Below are positions 28,095 to 41,600 of a stretch of 64,000 nt of DNA, one piece after another. The stretch is from contig OZ024744.1 in the NCBI GenBank assembly GCA_964016885.1, positions 119,598,001 through 119,662,000 on the forward strand. The letters run 5' to 3'. How positions within the stretch are numbered: the first letter of the stretch is position 1; every line of letters starts with the position of its first letter. A program made the translations under genes and the position numbers. The stretch comes from Eledone cirrhosa (lineage: Eukaryota). The notes under the pieces are model-generated. The model worked only from the letters and a program-made list of their open reading frames with translations. It searched no databases and had not been told where the DNA came from.

Positions 28095-28745
28095 GAAAAT
28101 AAATATGTGTATGTGTGTGTGCCTGTGTATTACTAATAGGGGCCTACATCTTACGACTGATTTTCATGAAACTTTACAGGCCCATAGATTAGTCATCGGG
28201 GAGTGTTTTCTATATATCAGCGTATGGTTTTTTTTTTATTCTGGGGTCATTCTGCAGATAAAAATCGATAGGGGGGGGGGGATCACCTTTTTTTTAGGTA
28301 TCGAAAAATAAGATTTTTGGCTCTAGCTCCCACATTTTGCCACTGATTTCGTTCAAATTTTAAAGCAAAATAGAATTTATCATTGCACATCCTGTAATAG
28401 CTTTATATTTTGCATTTGTTGTTCAGGGACGGCGTGACAGCCGCTTAAATATTCGAAAATACCACCATTTCGCTCAAATTTCCGCCATTTCGGCTCTAGC
28501 TCCCACATTTTTCAACCGATTTCGTTCAAATTCGAAACTTCGGCTCCACCTCAAAATCAATTTATTTGGTTCAACCTATCATTAGCTCCCGTGTTTCTCA
28601 GTGATAGAGGTCATCACCACCCTCCCCCGCATGGCCTGTGTGTGGCCATAGATGAGTCACCGAGAAGCAGTCGCTAAGATCAACACCTTTTCATCAAAGC
28701 AGAAATTATTTTACCTACCCAGGTAACGCCGGGTACTGCTGCTAG
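28095..28745 (+). mobile_element. Non-autonomous Helitron-like element
   Basis: 3' hairpin taccc-aggtaacgcc-gggta followed by CTAG|T; internal direct repeat ggctctagctcccacatttt; 5' end approximate. Confidence 0.65.
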
Positions 28746-28788
<43 letters not shown>

Positions 28789-28790
28789 GT

Positions 28791-28881
<91 letters not shown>

Positions 28882-29296
28882 CAAATAACGAAACGAAATT
28901 AAATTTCGTTTCGCTTCTAACTCACTTTTGTATGACTGACGCTTAAACAATTAAGTTAAAGTGTACATCTACATATGTATACGGAAGTATTAGTATGCAT
29001 ATAAATACAGACATGTATACATATGTACATGTACTCAGCTTTTCACTAGACACTTTACAGTGAGTGTCAGCTAGTCTGTATGTAACCACACAGGCGGACC
29101 GGGTTTTAGAGTCATACGAGTTTTCAAGGAAACACATTTCCTCTATTCTCCAGAGGGCCAGACAGGAATATTGGACTAGTTTCGATGTTATTACATCTCA
29201 TCAGCAATATTTACCCATCTTCCGGCTTCTCTGGAGAATTGTAAAAGCAGATATCGTTATATGCTTTTTCTATGAAAATTAGTAGTGGGTAGACTA

Positions 29297-29304
29297 ATTT
29301 GCAT
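29297..29304. promoter_or_regulatory. Octamer ATTTGCAT, once per retrozyme unit (family A example 1070-1077)
   Basis: Perfect consensus conserved in both diverged families, 75-86 nt upstream of the HHR; function inferred. Confidence 0.5.
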
Positions 29305-30861
29305 AGAACGTGAGTCATTGTACGCACCGGTTCAGCGGAAACGATAAAAACAAATAACGAAACGAAATTAAATTTCGTTTCGCTTCTAACTCACTTTTGT
29401 ATGACTGACGCTTAAACAATTAAGTTAAAGTGTACATCTACATATGTATACGGAAGTATTAGTATGCATATAAATACAGACATGTATACATATGTACATG
29501 TACTCAGCTTTTCACTAGACACTTTACAGTGAGTGTCAGCTAGTCTGTATGTAACCACACAGGCGGACCGGGTTTTAGAGTCATACGAGTTTTCAAGGAA
29601 ACACATTTCCTCTATTCTCCAGAGGGCCAGACAGGAATATTGGACTAGTTTCGATGTTATTACATCTCATCAGCAATATTTACCCATCTTCCGGCTTCTC
29701 TGGAGAATTGTAAAAGCAGATATCGTTATATGCTTTTTCTATGAAAATTAGTAGTGGGTAGACTAATTTGCATAGAACGTGAGTCATTGTACGCACCGGT
29801 TCAGCGGAAACGATAAAAACAAATAACGAAACGAAATTAAATTTCGTTTCGCTTCTAACTCACTTTTGTATGACTGACGCTTAAACAATTAAGTTAAAGT
29901 GTACATCTACATATGTATACGGAAGTATTAGTATGCATATAAATACAGACATGTATACATATGTACATGTACTCAGCTTTTCACTAGACACTTTACAGTG
30001 AGTGTCAGCTAGTCTGTATGTAACCACACAGGCGGACCGGGTTTTAGAGTCATACGAGTTTTCAAGGAAACACATTTCCTCTATTCTCCAGAGGGCCAGA
30101 CAGGAATATTGGACTAGTTTCGATGTTATTACATCTCATCAGCAATATTTACCCATCTTCCGGCTTCTCTGGAGAATTGTAAAAGCAGATATCGTTATAT
30201 GCTTTTTCTATGAAAATTAGTAGTGGGTAGACTAATTTGCATAGAACGTGAGTCATTGTACGCACCGGTTCAGCGGAAACGATAAAAACAAATAACGAAA
30301 CGAAATTAAATTTCGTTTCGCTTCTAACTCACTTTTGTATGACTGACGCTTAAACAATTAAGTTAAAGTGTACATCTACATATGTATACGGAAGTATTAG
30401 TATGCATATAAATACAGACATGTATACATATGTACATGTACTCAGCTTTTCACTAGACACTTTACAGTGAGTGTCAGCTAGTCTGTATGTAACCACACAG
30501 GCGGACCGGGTTTTAGAGTCATACGAGTTTTCAAGGAAACACATTTCCTCTATTCTCCAGAGGGCCAGACAGGAATATTGGACTAGTTTCGATGTTATTA
30601 CATCTCATCAGCAATATTTACCCATCTTCCGGCTTCTCTGGAGAATTGTAAAAGCAGATATCGTTATATGCTTTTTCTATAAAAATTAGTAGTGGGTAAA
30701 TTTAATTTCGTTTCGTTATTTGTTTTTATCGTTTCCGCTGAACCGGTGCGTACAATGACTCACGTTCTATGCAAATTAGTCTACCCACTACTAATTTTCA
30801 TAGAAAAAGCATATAACGATATCTGCTTTTACAATTCTCCAGAGAAGCCGGAAGATGGGTA

Positions 30862-30906
30862 AATATTGCTGATGAGATGTAATAACATCGAAACTAGTCC
30901 AATATT
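30862..30906 (+). ncRNA. Minimal type-I hammerhead ribozyme (family B); also 31331-31375 (+) and 29167-29211, 29636-29680, 30105-30149, 30574-30618 (-)
   Basis: aatattg CTGATGA gatgt-aata-acatc GAAA ctag TC caatatt; perfect 7-bp stem I, 5-bp stem II, GUC site. Confidence 0.92.
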
Positions 30907-31590
30907 CCTGTCTGGCCCTCTGGAGAATAGAGGAAATGTGTTTCCTTGAAAACTCGTATGACTCTAAAACCCGGTCCGCCTGTGTGGTTACATACAGACT
31001 AGCTGACACTCACTGTAAAGTGTCTAGTGAAAAGCTGAGTACATGTACATATGTATACATGTCTGTATTTATATGCATACTAATACTTCCGTATACATAT
31101 GTAGATGTACACTTTAACTTAATTGTTTAAGCGTCAGTCATACAAAAGTGAGTTAGAAGCGAAACGAAATTTAATTTCGTTTCGTTATTTGTTTTTATCG
31201 TTTCCGCTGAACCGGTGCGTACAATGACTCACGTTCTATGCAAATTAGTCTACCCACTACTAATTTTCATAGAAAAAGCATATAACGATATCTGCTTTTA
31301 CAATTCTCCAGAGAAGCCGGAAGATGGGTAAATATTGCTGATGAGATGTAATAACATCGAAACTAGTCCAATATTCCTGTCTGGCCCTCTGGAGAATAGA
31401 GGAAATGTGTTTCCTTGAAAACTCGTATGACTCTAAAACCCGGTCCGCCTGTGTGGTTACATACAGACTAGCTGACACTCACTGTAAAGTGTCTAGTGAA
31501 AAGCTGAGTACATGTACATATGTATACATGTCTGTATTTATATGCATACTAATACTTCCGTATACATATGTAGATGTACACTTTAACTTA

Positions 31591-31763
<173 letters not shown>

Positions 31764-31779
31764 GTATATATGTATATAT

Positions 31780-32129
31780 GGAAAAGAAGGAAACGAAATT
31801 TCATTTCTCACTCTTAGTACGCTGATACTTAAATGTAAGTATGTATGTATACGTACATACATATATGCATACAGACGTACACTAGTATGTATATATATAC
31901 ATACATGCACACATATATGTATGTACGTATGGGTTTACCGAACATTTATTTTAATGTTCGGTTTGTTTGTTTCTAAACAAACAAACAGCCCGAATTACGC
32001 CGTACAGTGTTCAGGCAACCATCGTCGCCCTTTTGTTCAACACTGACACAGGAACGATGTACTAGTTTCAAGCTTATTAGCTATCGTCAGCATCGTATAC
32101 CTTTCTGCCAGATGATTGAACGTCTGAAA
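31780..32129 (-). mobile_element. Retrozyme-like family A partial unit with intact HHR at 32054-32096
   Basis: Homology to 730-1250. Confidence 0.85.
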
Positions 32130-32900
32130 TCAAGTTAAATACAGATTATTAATCAATTTGGATAACACGAAACTTATACAGGATAAATGTAAACAATATC
32201 TCCGTAGGACGTATCTAAACGTTTAAATTAATTAAACGGTTTGAAAGCCTGAAGATATTACAGATCTCAAATTCAGGATTTAAAAAGAGGATTCTAAATC
32301 GAACTAAGGTACTTAATCAATCAAGAGATTATGATACTCTTTTAAAGAACAGGTATGCATTTCTTAAGGTGAGGTAGAACATTAAACACAATATCAATAA
32401 GCAATAATAAAAGCATTACAAGAATTATTAATAAAAGTCAATAACTTTTCTCACTCTGTCAATGTTTTTTCCTAATTTTATATGATGCTTGAAATGTTGT
32501 TGCAGATTTATGGAGGCAATTTGAGAATAATTCACTTTTTTTTTATTAATTAAATTACCATAATTAGCAATTATTAATAGAGTCTCAGTATTGCAAAGAT
32601 TGCAGTTTGGTGAGATGGAATTATTCCGATAAACTTCGCAGTTTCGAAGTTTAGTCCAACAGATTGAGTATTTTATATTTTTCTCTTTTAATTGTGATAA
32701 AGAAGTAGCACATTTCTTATCCGGATTAGAAAAAGAATGTTTATGATTGGAAAATCTGTTTAAAGTTCGATGAAGTTGCACCTATGTAGTTATAGGTCAT
32801 ATTATTATTTGCTTTAATGGTACATTTATATACTAAGTTCTTATCAAGGCAGTTATTTTGCAAAGGGCATTCGGATTTCCTTCTACAGTTACAGTCCAAT
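32130..32900 (-). mobile_element. Naiad-type PLE 3' fragment (GIY-YIG plus 3'UTR), degenerate
   Basis: DCNCRRKSECPLQNNC, YIGATS, RFSNHKHSF, CNLCNTE. Confidence 0.8.
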
Positions 32901-32997
32901 TTCATGCTATTTCTATAATATAAACTGTTCGCATTATCATTGTTAAGGTAAGTGTTCTACTGTAAGTGGTATGTTTATGTATATATATGTATATACA

Positions 32998-33053
<56 letters not shown>

Positions 33054-33127
33054 CATATATATATATACATATATATACATACATACATTTGTATATATAT
33101 GTATATATATATATGTATATATGTATA

Positions 33128-33168
<41 letters not shown>

Positions 33169-33197
33169 GTATATATATATATATGTATATATGTATA

Positions 33198-33274
<77 letters not shown>

Positions 33275-33513
33275 ATATATATATGTATGTATATATATAT
33301 ATATATGTATGTATGTATATATATATATGTATGTATATATATATGTATGTATGTATATATATATATATGTATGTATGTATATATATATATGTATATATGT
33401 ATGTATATATATATATGTATATATGTATGTATATATATATATGTATATATGTATGTATATATATATATGTATATATATATGTATATATATATGTATATAT
33501 ATATATATGTATT

Positions 33514-33576
<63 letters not shown>

Positions 33577-33580
33577 GTAT

Positions 33581-33624
<44 letters not shown>

Positions 33625-33793
33625 GTATATATATATGTATATTATGTAATTCACTTCCTCATCTTTTTAATCAGTTCGAGCACTTCTTTCAGAACTGCTG
33701 GACTGGCTACCTGACAGATACCTCAGGCACAGAAAGTGATTATCGCTAAATACTGATGTTGGTTAGATTATCAATATTAGTATTATTGGGGCA

Positions 33794-33920
33794 CCCACTG
33801 ATGAATTATAGGAGCCCACTTGAATATATATCTATTGATGGTATACAAGCTCCTACATAAATTGGTATAATTTCACCCAAATTGTAGGAGTCCTATAATG
33901 AAACGAGACGTCCGTCTGGG
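33794..33920 (+). ncRNA. Type-I hammerhead ribozyme with a ~95-nt branched stem II (in probable solo pLTR ~33645-34100)
   Basis: ccca CTGATGA attatagga...tcctataat GAAA cg-agacgtc-cg TC tggg. Confidence 0.75.
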
Positions 33921-34240
33921 AAGAGATATATTAGATATGTCTCATTTGAAATAATACAGCCAATTTTCCACGCAATACTTTTAGTTAGCACCCCGAACAC
34001 ATAATTGGGAATATAATCACTTATTTCCTAAAATTTTTTGAGTGAGTTGGAATTTGGCCGGAGTATCGCTAAAAAGCTTTCCCCGATATTGTATTTATTA
34101 TGTATATATATATATATGTATATATATGTATATATGTACATATATATATGTATATATGTATATATATATAAATGTATATTTATATATGTATATATGTTTA
34201 TATATATATATGTATACATATATATATATGTATATATGTT

Positions 34241-34271
<31 letters not shown>

Positions 34272-34274
34272 GTA

Positions 34275-37200
34275 TGGTGTAAAGTGGCGCTGGTGTTAGG
34301 AAGGGCATCTAACCAGTGTATCAATGCCAAAATGATATTAAGCACAGCAACAAGATATAGGAACAACAACAATATGAAGACGTCGCATCTCAGAGTTGCA
34401 ACACTTAATGTTGGCACTCTCTCAGGTAGATCTGGTGAAATAGCGGAGATGCTAGGGAGAAGACATGTGGATGTGTGCTGCGTGCAAGAGGTGAGATGGA
34501 GAGGTGCCTCTGCGAGACTAGTCGTAGGCAAGCGTCTTAGCTATAAGCTTTTCTGGGTAGGTAAGGATGATGGGTTAGGGGGAGTAGGCATATTCCTGGC
34601 TGAGAGATGGATCAATAAGACAATAGAGGTAGTTCGAGTTAGTAATCGAATAATTAATCGATTAGTTGTAGGTAAGAGACTACTGACAATCATCTCGGCC
34701 TATGCTCCCCAAGCAGGCCTAGGCAAAGATGAGAAAGACTGATTTTACGAGCAACTTTTACAAACAACCGCAATGACAGAAGACGGAGACACCGTTATGA
34801 TAGCAGGGGACTTCAATGGTCATGTTTGACAGCTCCAGGATGGTTACACTGGGGTACATGGTGGGCACGGTTACGGCTCAAGAAATGAAGAAGGGGTGAG
34901 ACTTCTTCAATTTTGTGATGCAAGTACACTGACTATTTGCAACACAAACTTCCAGAAACCTGCCAATCACCTAATAACCTACAAATCTGGTGAGCACATA
35001 AGCCAGATTTACTTCTTACTAGTTAGGCAGCGGGACAGGCAGATAGTGTCTAATACCAAGGCATACCCTGGGGAAGAATGTACCCCACAGCATAGGTTAG
35101 TTGTTAGTGATATCTCAGTAAGCAAGAGAAGGAATGAGACATACAGGAAGATGTGGAGAAGAAAGGTCTGGAAGCTAAAAGACCTTTCACTAAAATACAA
35201 ATTTAAGAAAGCCCTTCAAGATGTGTATGAAGAAAAAGAAGACGATTTAGAGACGTATGACATAGATAATAACTGGAAATTCTTACGTGACAAATTATTG
35301 CAGAGAGTGACCTGGTGTTGGAACAGCACAGTAGATAAGGCCATTAGAGACAAAAGACTAGCATGGAAAGCTTGGAAAAAGGGTGGGAGTAGGGAAGGAT
35401 AGACAGCCGCTAAGAGAGAAGCTAGACGTCAGGTGTACTTAGCATGCAGGGAGGCGGAGAGTAGGAGGTTTGCCAATGTTCTGCGATGGGAAGATCAGAG
35501 GCGTGCGGTGTTCCACATTGCAAGGCAATGTGTTAATGCAAATCAGGATATTATTGGAGATAAATGTATCCGGAATGATGCCGGTGTACTTAGTGTTACG
35601 AATGATCAGAAAAAGGAGGCCTGGAAATGTTATTATGAGAGACTGGTGGATGTGGAAAACGAAAGGGAGAGAGAGAAATTACCCTCAGTATATCCGACAG
35701 AGAGACCAGCTATTGAGATTGACGAATATAGGGTCCAAGAGGCGATTAAGGAAATGAAAAATGGTAAGGCTGCTGGACCATCGGGAATAGTTGCTGAGAT
35801 GCTGAAGGTATCAGGGGACGTAGGCACTAAACTGGTTGCACGCATCATCAATCAGGCTATATATGGTGGTGTCAAACCCAAAGACTGGTGCAGCAGTATT
35901 CTCATAAATTGCTACAAAGGTAAAGGGGATGCTCTGGAGAAGAGCAATTATAGGGGTATAAAACTGATGGATCAGGTTATGAAAGTGGCAGAAAGGATAT
36001 TAGCACAACTAATTAGAGAAAGGGTCAAACTAGATGAGATGCAGTTTGGTTTTGTGCCTGAAAAGAGTACAACAGATGCCCTCTTCTTGGTGAGACAATT
36101 GCAAGAGAGGTTCTTAGAGAAAAATAAGCCACTATACTTAGCCTTTGTTGACCTAGAGAAGGCCTTTGATAGGGTACCCCGATCTGTCATCTGATGGTCC
36201 ATAAGGAAACTAGGTGTTGAGGAATGGCTTGTGAGGACAGTGCAAACTTTGTACAGAGGTGCTGTCAGTAAAATCAGGGTAGGAATGGAATTTAGTGAGG
36301 AATTGCAGATACAAGTAGGAGTACATCAAGGTTCGGTCCTCAGCCTGCTCTTGTTCATTATAGTCCTCCAAGCCATAACAGAGGAGTTTAAGACTGGCTG
36401 TCCATGGGAACTTCTCTATGCTGACGATCTGGCTCTTATAGCAGAATCAGTAGAGGAGCTAGAGAATAAATTCTGGCTATGGAAACAGCAGTTGGAAGCA
36501 AGAAGACTGAGGGTGAACCTAGCTAAGACAAAAGTGTTGATGAGTAGAAAAGAGGACAAAACTCTGATTCCGTCAGGGAAATGGCCATGTTCGATATGCA
36601 GAAAAGGAACTGGCATAAATTCTATAAAATGCACACAATGCAGATACTGGGTACACAAGAGATGTAGCGGGATAGCAGGCAAACTAACAGGTAGGGAGAA
36701 ATATGTATATAGTAGATGTACAGGGAAATTAGACAGTAGAAGTCGCATTGATAGACGCTTTTTTTCAAATGCAGGCGGGTGCTATAGAAGTGGTGAATAG
36801 CTTCCGGTTAAGGAGATCAGATTAGCATGGGAGGGGGTGTTCCGAGGCCATAGTATCTAGAATAAGGACGGGTTGGAAGAAGTTTAGGGAGCTGCTTCCT
36901 CTGTTGACGAATACGGGTTTCTCCCTGCGTACGAAAGGCCGGTTATATGATGCCTGTGTGAGGAGCGCGATGCTGCATGGTTGTGAGACATGGGCAGCAA
37001 CTGCAGAGGATATGCGACGTCTGGAGAGAAATGAGGCAAGCATGCTCCGTTGGATGTGCAGTGTAAATGTGCGTGAACGACCCAGCATGAATGTGTTGAG
37101 AGAGAAACTGTGTCTGAGAGGGATAGAATGTATTGTACGGGAGAGGAGACTGAGGTGGTATGGACATGTGATGGGCATGGAGGATGACCGATGGGTGAAG

Positions 37201-37402
37201 AAGTGCCAAGAAATGCCAGTTGAAGGAAGACGTGGTAGAGGTAGACCACGAAAAACACGGGCGGAGGTGGTGAGAACAGACCTCAGATCATTGAAGCTCA
37301 CGGTGGAGATGACGAAGGACCGTGACAAGTGGAGAATAAGACCCGTCTCACCCTTGCAAGAAGGGAAGAGCGGACGTAAAATGATGATGATGATGATGAT
37401 GA
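34275..37402 (+). mobile_element. RTE-clade LINE (APE + RT + PHD-like Cys insert), pseudogenised, (ATG)n tail
   Basis: [70 protein letters not shown]; several stops and frameshifts. Confidence 0.9.
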
Positions 37403-37659
37403 TATATATATATATACATGTATACCCATATATATATATATATATGGGTATACAGTAAGAACTGACGTGCCTGTCGGAAATACTCATTTATAAAACCTGA
37501 AAGTAAGAGAAATAAAAACAACAGCAATAATAATAATTTTTTCTGATTTAGCAACAAGACAAAAAACTTTTGGGGAAAGGAAAAGTCGATTTAATCAACC
37601 CCAGTGCATTACTGGTACTTCATTGTATTGACCCCCGTAAGGGTGAAAGACAAAGCTAT

Positions 37660-37722
<63 letters not shown>

Positions 37723-37769
37723 CATATATATAAATATATGAACAAAGCTATCTTTAAATATATATATCT

Positions 37770-38030
37770 ATATCACCTTGATCACCTTGACCGACCAGTC
37801 TGTCAGGCGCCAGTCGACGCCGCTGCTCACAGCACGTCGTTCTGTTTTAGCCATAAGATAACGCCATCCTACTAGCTGGGCGGGCAGGACGGTACTCATT
37901 TCTACAGCTGAGTAAACTGGAGCAACGTGAAATAAAGTGTCTTGCTCAAGGAAACAACACATCACCCGGTCCGAGAATTGAACTCACAACCTTTCGATTG
38001 CAAGCCCAATGCTCTAACCACTAAGCCAAC
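37770..38030 (-). mobile_element. tRNA-derived SINE, same family as 26609-26740
   Basis: - strand tggcttagtggttagag ... gagttcaattctc, CORE-like block, short tandem tail. Confidence 0.8.
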
Positions 38031-38034
38031 TTTG

Positions 38035-38268
38035 TGTGATTTACTCGTTTTATTTACAATCCTTTAAAATATATATAATGGTATTATAATGAAATAGTAT
38101 GATAGAATATTAAATTCTAAGTGTTAATTGAACAAATACTTTCATGCTTTCGCAATCTTCAGGTTCATGATATGTGGTGACAGTCGAGTTTGCAATTTTC
38201 AACTGTCAGTTGAAAATTGCAAACTCGACTGTCACCACATATCATGAACCTGAAGAATGCGAAAGCAT
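38035..38268. mobile_element. Fold-back pLTR (family of 4140-4300) with HHR at 38129-38167 (-)
   Basis: Palindrome 38144-38268 centred on 38206. Confidence 0.8.
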
Positions 38269-38310
38269 ATATATATATATATATATATACGGTTTATATA
38301 TGGTTTATAT

Positions 38311-38385
<75 letters not shown>

Positions 38386-38469
38386 GGTTTATATATTGTA
38401 TTTTGTCTGAGGAAGGCATACCATATTTTTAATGATATCCCTGAAATATATATGATATATATATATATA

Positions 38470-38543
<74 letters not shown>

Positions 38544-38563
38544 GGTTTATATACGGTTTATAT

Positions 38564-38616
<53 letters not shown>

Positions 38617-38625
38617 GGTTTATAT

Positions 38626-41600
38626 ACGGTTTATATATTGTATTTTGTCTGAGGAAGGCATACCATATTTTTAATATGATATCCCTGAAATATATATAAT
38701 GAAATAAATATGGTTTTATAAATATAGTTTCCATTTGTTTAATATCGTAAATCTACTCCAAAACTTGTTGAGTGCTTTTATATCAGTTATAAAATATTTA
38801 CTCGTTGTAACCCAACAATTTTAAATAAAACTGTTGCATATATTTTGCTCCAATACTGTTGAGCGCTTTATATTATAACTGAAAAAAATGGAATTCTTTA
38901 AGATCTCTTCTTCTCTAAAAGACACACCTCTACCTAGAAACAAGGACTTTATTAAACAATTAATAGATAAATCAGACTCTTTTATAAGGAGAATCGGGTG
39001 GCGTGCTTTCCACTTTGATAAATCTAATATAAATGAAAATGTCTCAGACTTAGACAAAGTTTTCAAATCTAAAAAAAATCTACTCCCCAACAAACTTTTA
39101 ATTGATTTTGAAAACGATATAATTTCTATCATACAAGGAGTCAAATTCAAGAGAAACTTCAAAGGCCAGGAATATCTGAAAAGCATTAAGGATAATATTG
39201 TGAGCTTAGAGAGAACAGAGAAGATCTTGGTGAAATCGGATAAAACCAACAACCTCCACGGAGTGGAAAAAGACATGTATAATGGCCTCATACTGAAAGA
39301 ACTAAGGAAAAAGTACAAGGTAGCAGATAAGGCTGAACTTGAGAAAATGAATGTTGAGGCATCTTGTATAATGCATGAGTTGGAAATTGAGAACAAAACA
39401 CAACCTTTCGTGCCCAGGAAACCCAAGATCAATATGAAAGATCACAAAAGAAATTTTGAAAATGACTTGCCAGTCAGATTGATTGCACCATCAAAATCTG
39501 ACCTGGGTAAACTTAGCAAAAACATTCTAGACAGGGTGATAAAGCAAATTAAAAACTTGAATTGTTTACCTAACTTGAGCTTGTGGAAGGGAACTGGAGA
39601 GGTCATTGAGTGATTTAAAGAAATTAAATGTAACAATAATAATAAATTTATTCAACTAGATATTGCTAACTACTATTCATCTATTACCCCTAATCTACTA
39701 AATAAGGCACTAAATTACGCATTCAAACATACAGACCTAACTAGTAATGAAATGCACATTATATTATCGGCAAGGAAAACATTGATAGAATTTAATAACC
39801 AACTATGGACTAGGGCAGATAGAGATAATAATTTCGACATTACTATGGGATTATCAGACTCAGCTCAGGTAACGGACCTTGTGGGCCTATTTATATTTAA
39901 TTCGCTGCATAGGAAAATACCCGGTGTTACCGGAGGATTATATCGAGATGACATGCTTTTACTTATTGAAAATAATAACTCTGAACTAGATAGAAAAAGA
40001 AAACAAATTATACAATTTTTTAATTACCTTAATCTAAAAATAGAAATTGAGAATAACCATAGAATAGTCAATTTCCTAGATGTAACATTAAATCTCAACA
40101 CATGTCTTCACTATCCATTTCACAAGTTAAATGAAAACTTGAATTATGTCAGTTTTAGCTCTAATCACCCCAGATCTGTCAAAAATACTATAGTGAACTC
40201 TATTCAAAAACGTATCTCTAGAATCTCATCTAATAAAAATATTTTCGACGAAAAAGCCCAGTATTACAATGAAGCGTTAGCTAGAGCAGGATATAGTGAT
40301 AAAATTATGTACATCGATAATAGACAAACTAACCAAAATAACAACAATTTTAATTACGGTAACAACTTTAACAACTATAATAGAAAGCATTACAATAATT
40401 CCAAAAACCAGAAAAGAAATAGAACTAGAAATATAATATGGTTTGCCCCCCCTTTCTCACTAAACATTAAAACCCACATCGCTAAACTATTTTTTAATGC
40501 TCTTGACAAACGCTTCCCTAGAACACATAAGTATCACTCAATTTTCAATAGACATACTATAAAATTAACATACTCGTCCACCAAAAATTTAGCACAAAAT
40601 ATTAATAGAATAAATAATAGGAATCTAAAACCTAGCCAAAATACCGAAAATAGCCTAAAAAATATTCAAGTAAACAACTGTAACTGTAGAGATAGATCTA
40701 TATGTCCGCTAAATAACAATTGCTTAGTTAAAAATATAATATACAACTGTAATGTTAAAACTGACTTAAATTCTTTTAATTATGTTGGTTCCACCTCGAC
40801 AGAATTTAAACTTCGCTATAATAATCACAAGAATTCTTTCACGGATCCAAATAAAAAATCTTCAACATCACTATCAGGCTTACTCTGGCAACTTAAACAT
40901 GATAACGTTGGATATTCGATGGTTTGGAATATAGTCTCAAAAGGGATTCCTTTTAATTCCTCTTCTGAGACATGTGACCTCTGCGCGGAGGAGATATTCT
41001 TTATACTAAAATCTAAAAATTCCCTTAATCTACGGACCAATTTATTCAGCTGCTGCAGACATAGATTGAACTCAACTTTTAAATATAAATATAAATTTAA
41101 AATGTAGTATATTTACTTAAGATATTTAACTATTTATGAAAATTGGCGATAAATCTTTCGATTCCTTCAATTTTTTAAAACCTTCTTCATGAGTATATAA
41201 TTAATGAGATTAATTAAACTACCCTAAAATGGTGATACTCCCAATCTATTGAATAAATTTTTAAGCTAGATAAACTTCTATAATAAATATAAGAGCATTT
41301 GTAGAACAACTGGGTATCCATAAATTTTTTTGAATGATTTCTGCTAAATAAGTTTTGTTGAATAATTTTGGTTTTGTTTGCTTTTGATTCTGATTGCTTC
41401 TAATGAACTTGACAATATATTGTCAAATAAATTGGAAGGGTGGTTTTCTGTGGTTGATATGCGTGGCATACTATGTTTTCTTACGCCCCTAGATACTCTG
41501 GGGAGTGATGAAAATATTCTTGGCGTTTTTAATATATTGATATCTGTTGTCTATTCTATGCTTGAACGATAATCATGTAAGTGAGGGCAAGAATATTATT

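Noticed and set aside
28943-31478. Repeated 64-aa and 72-aa ORFs in the 469-bp unit
   Set aside because: Short, overlapping, no recognisable motif, and not conserved in the related family A
39611-39613. In-frame TGA in the Naiad ORF as selenocysteine (some Naiads encode selenoproteins)
   Set aside because: It aligns to a Trp (IIDWF in the paralog), not a Cys; the conserved Cys motifs here use TGT/TGC; I recognised no SECIS
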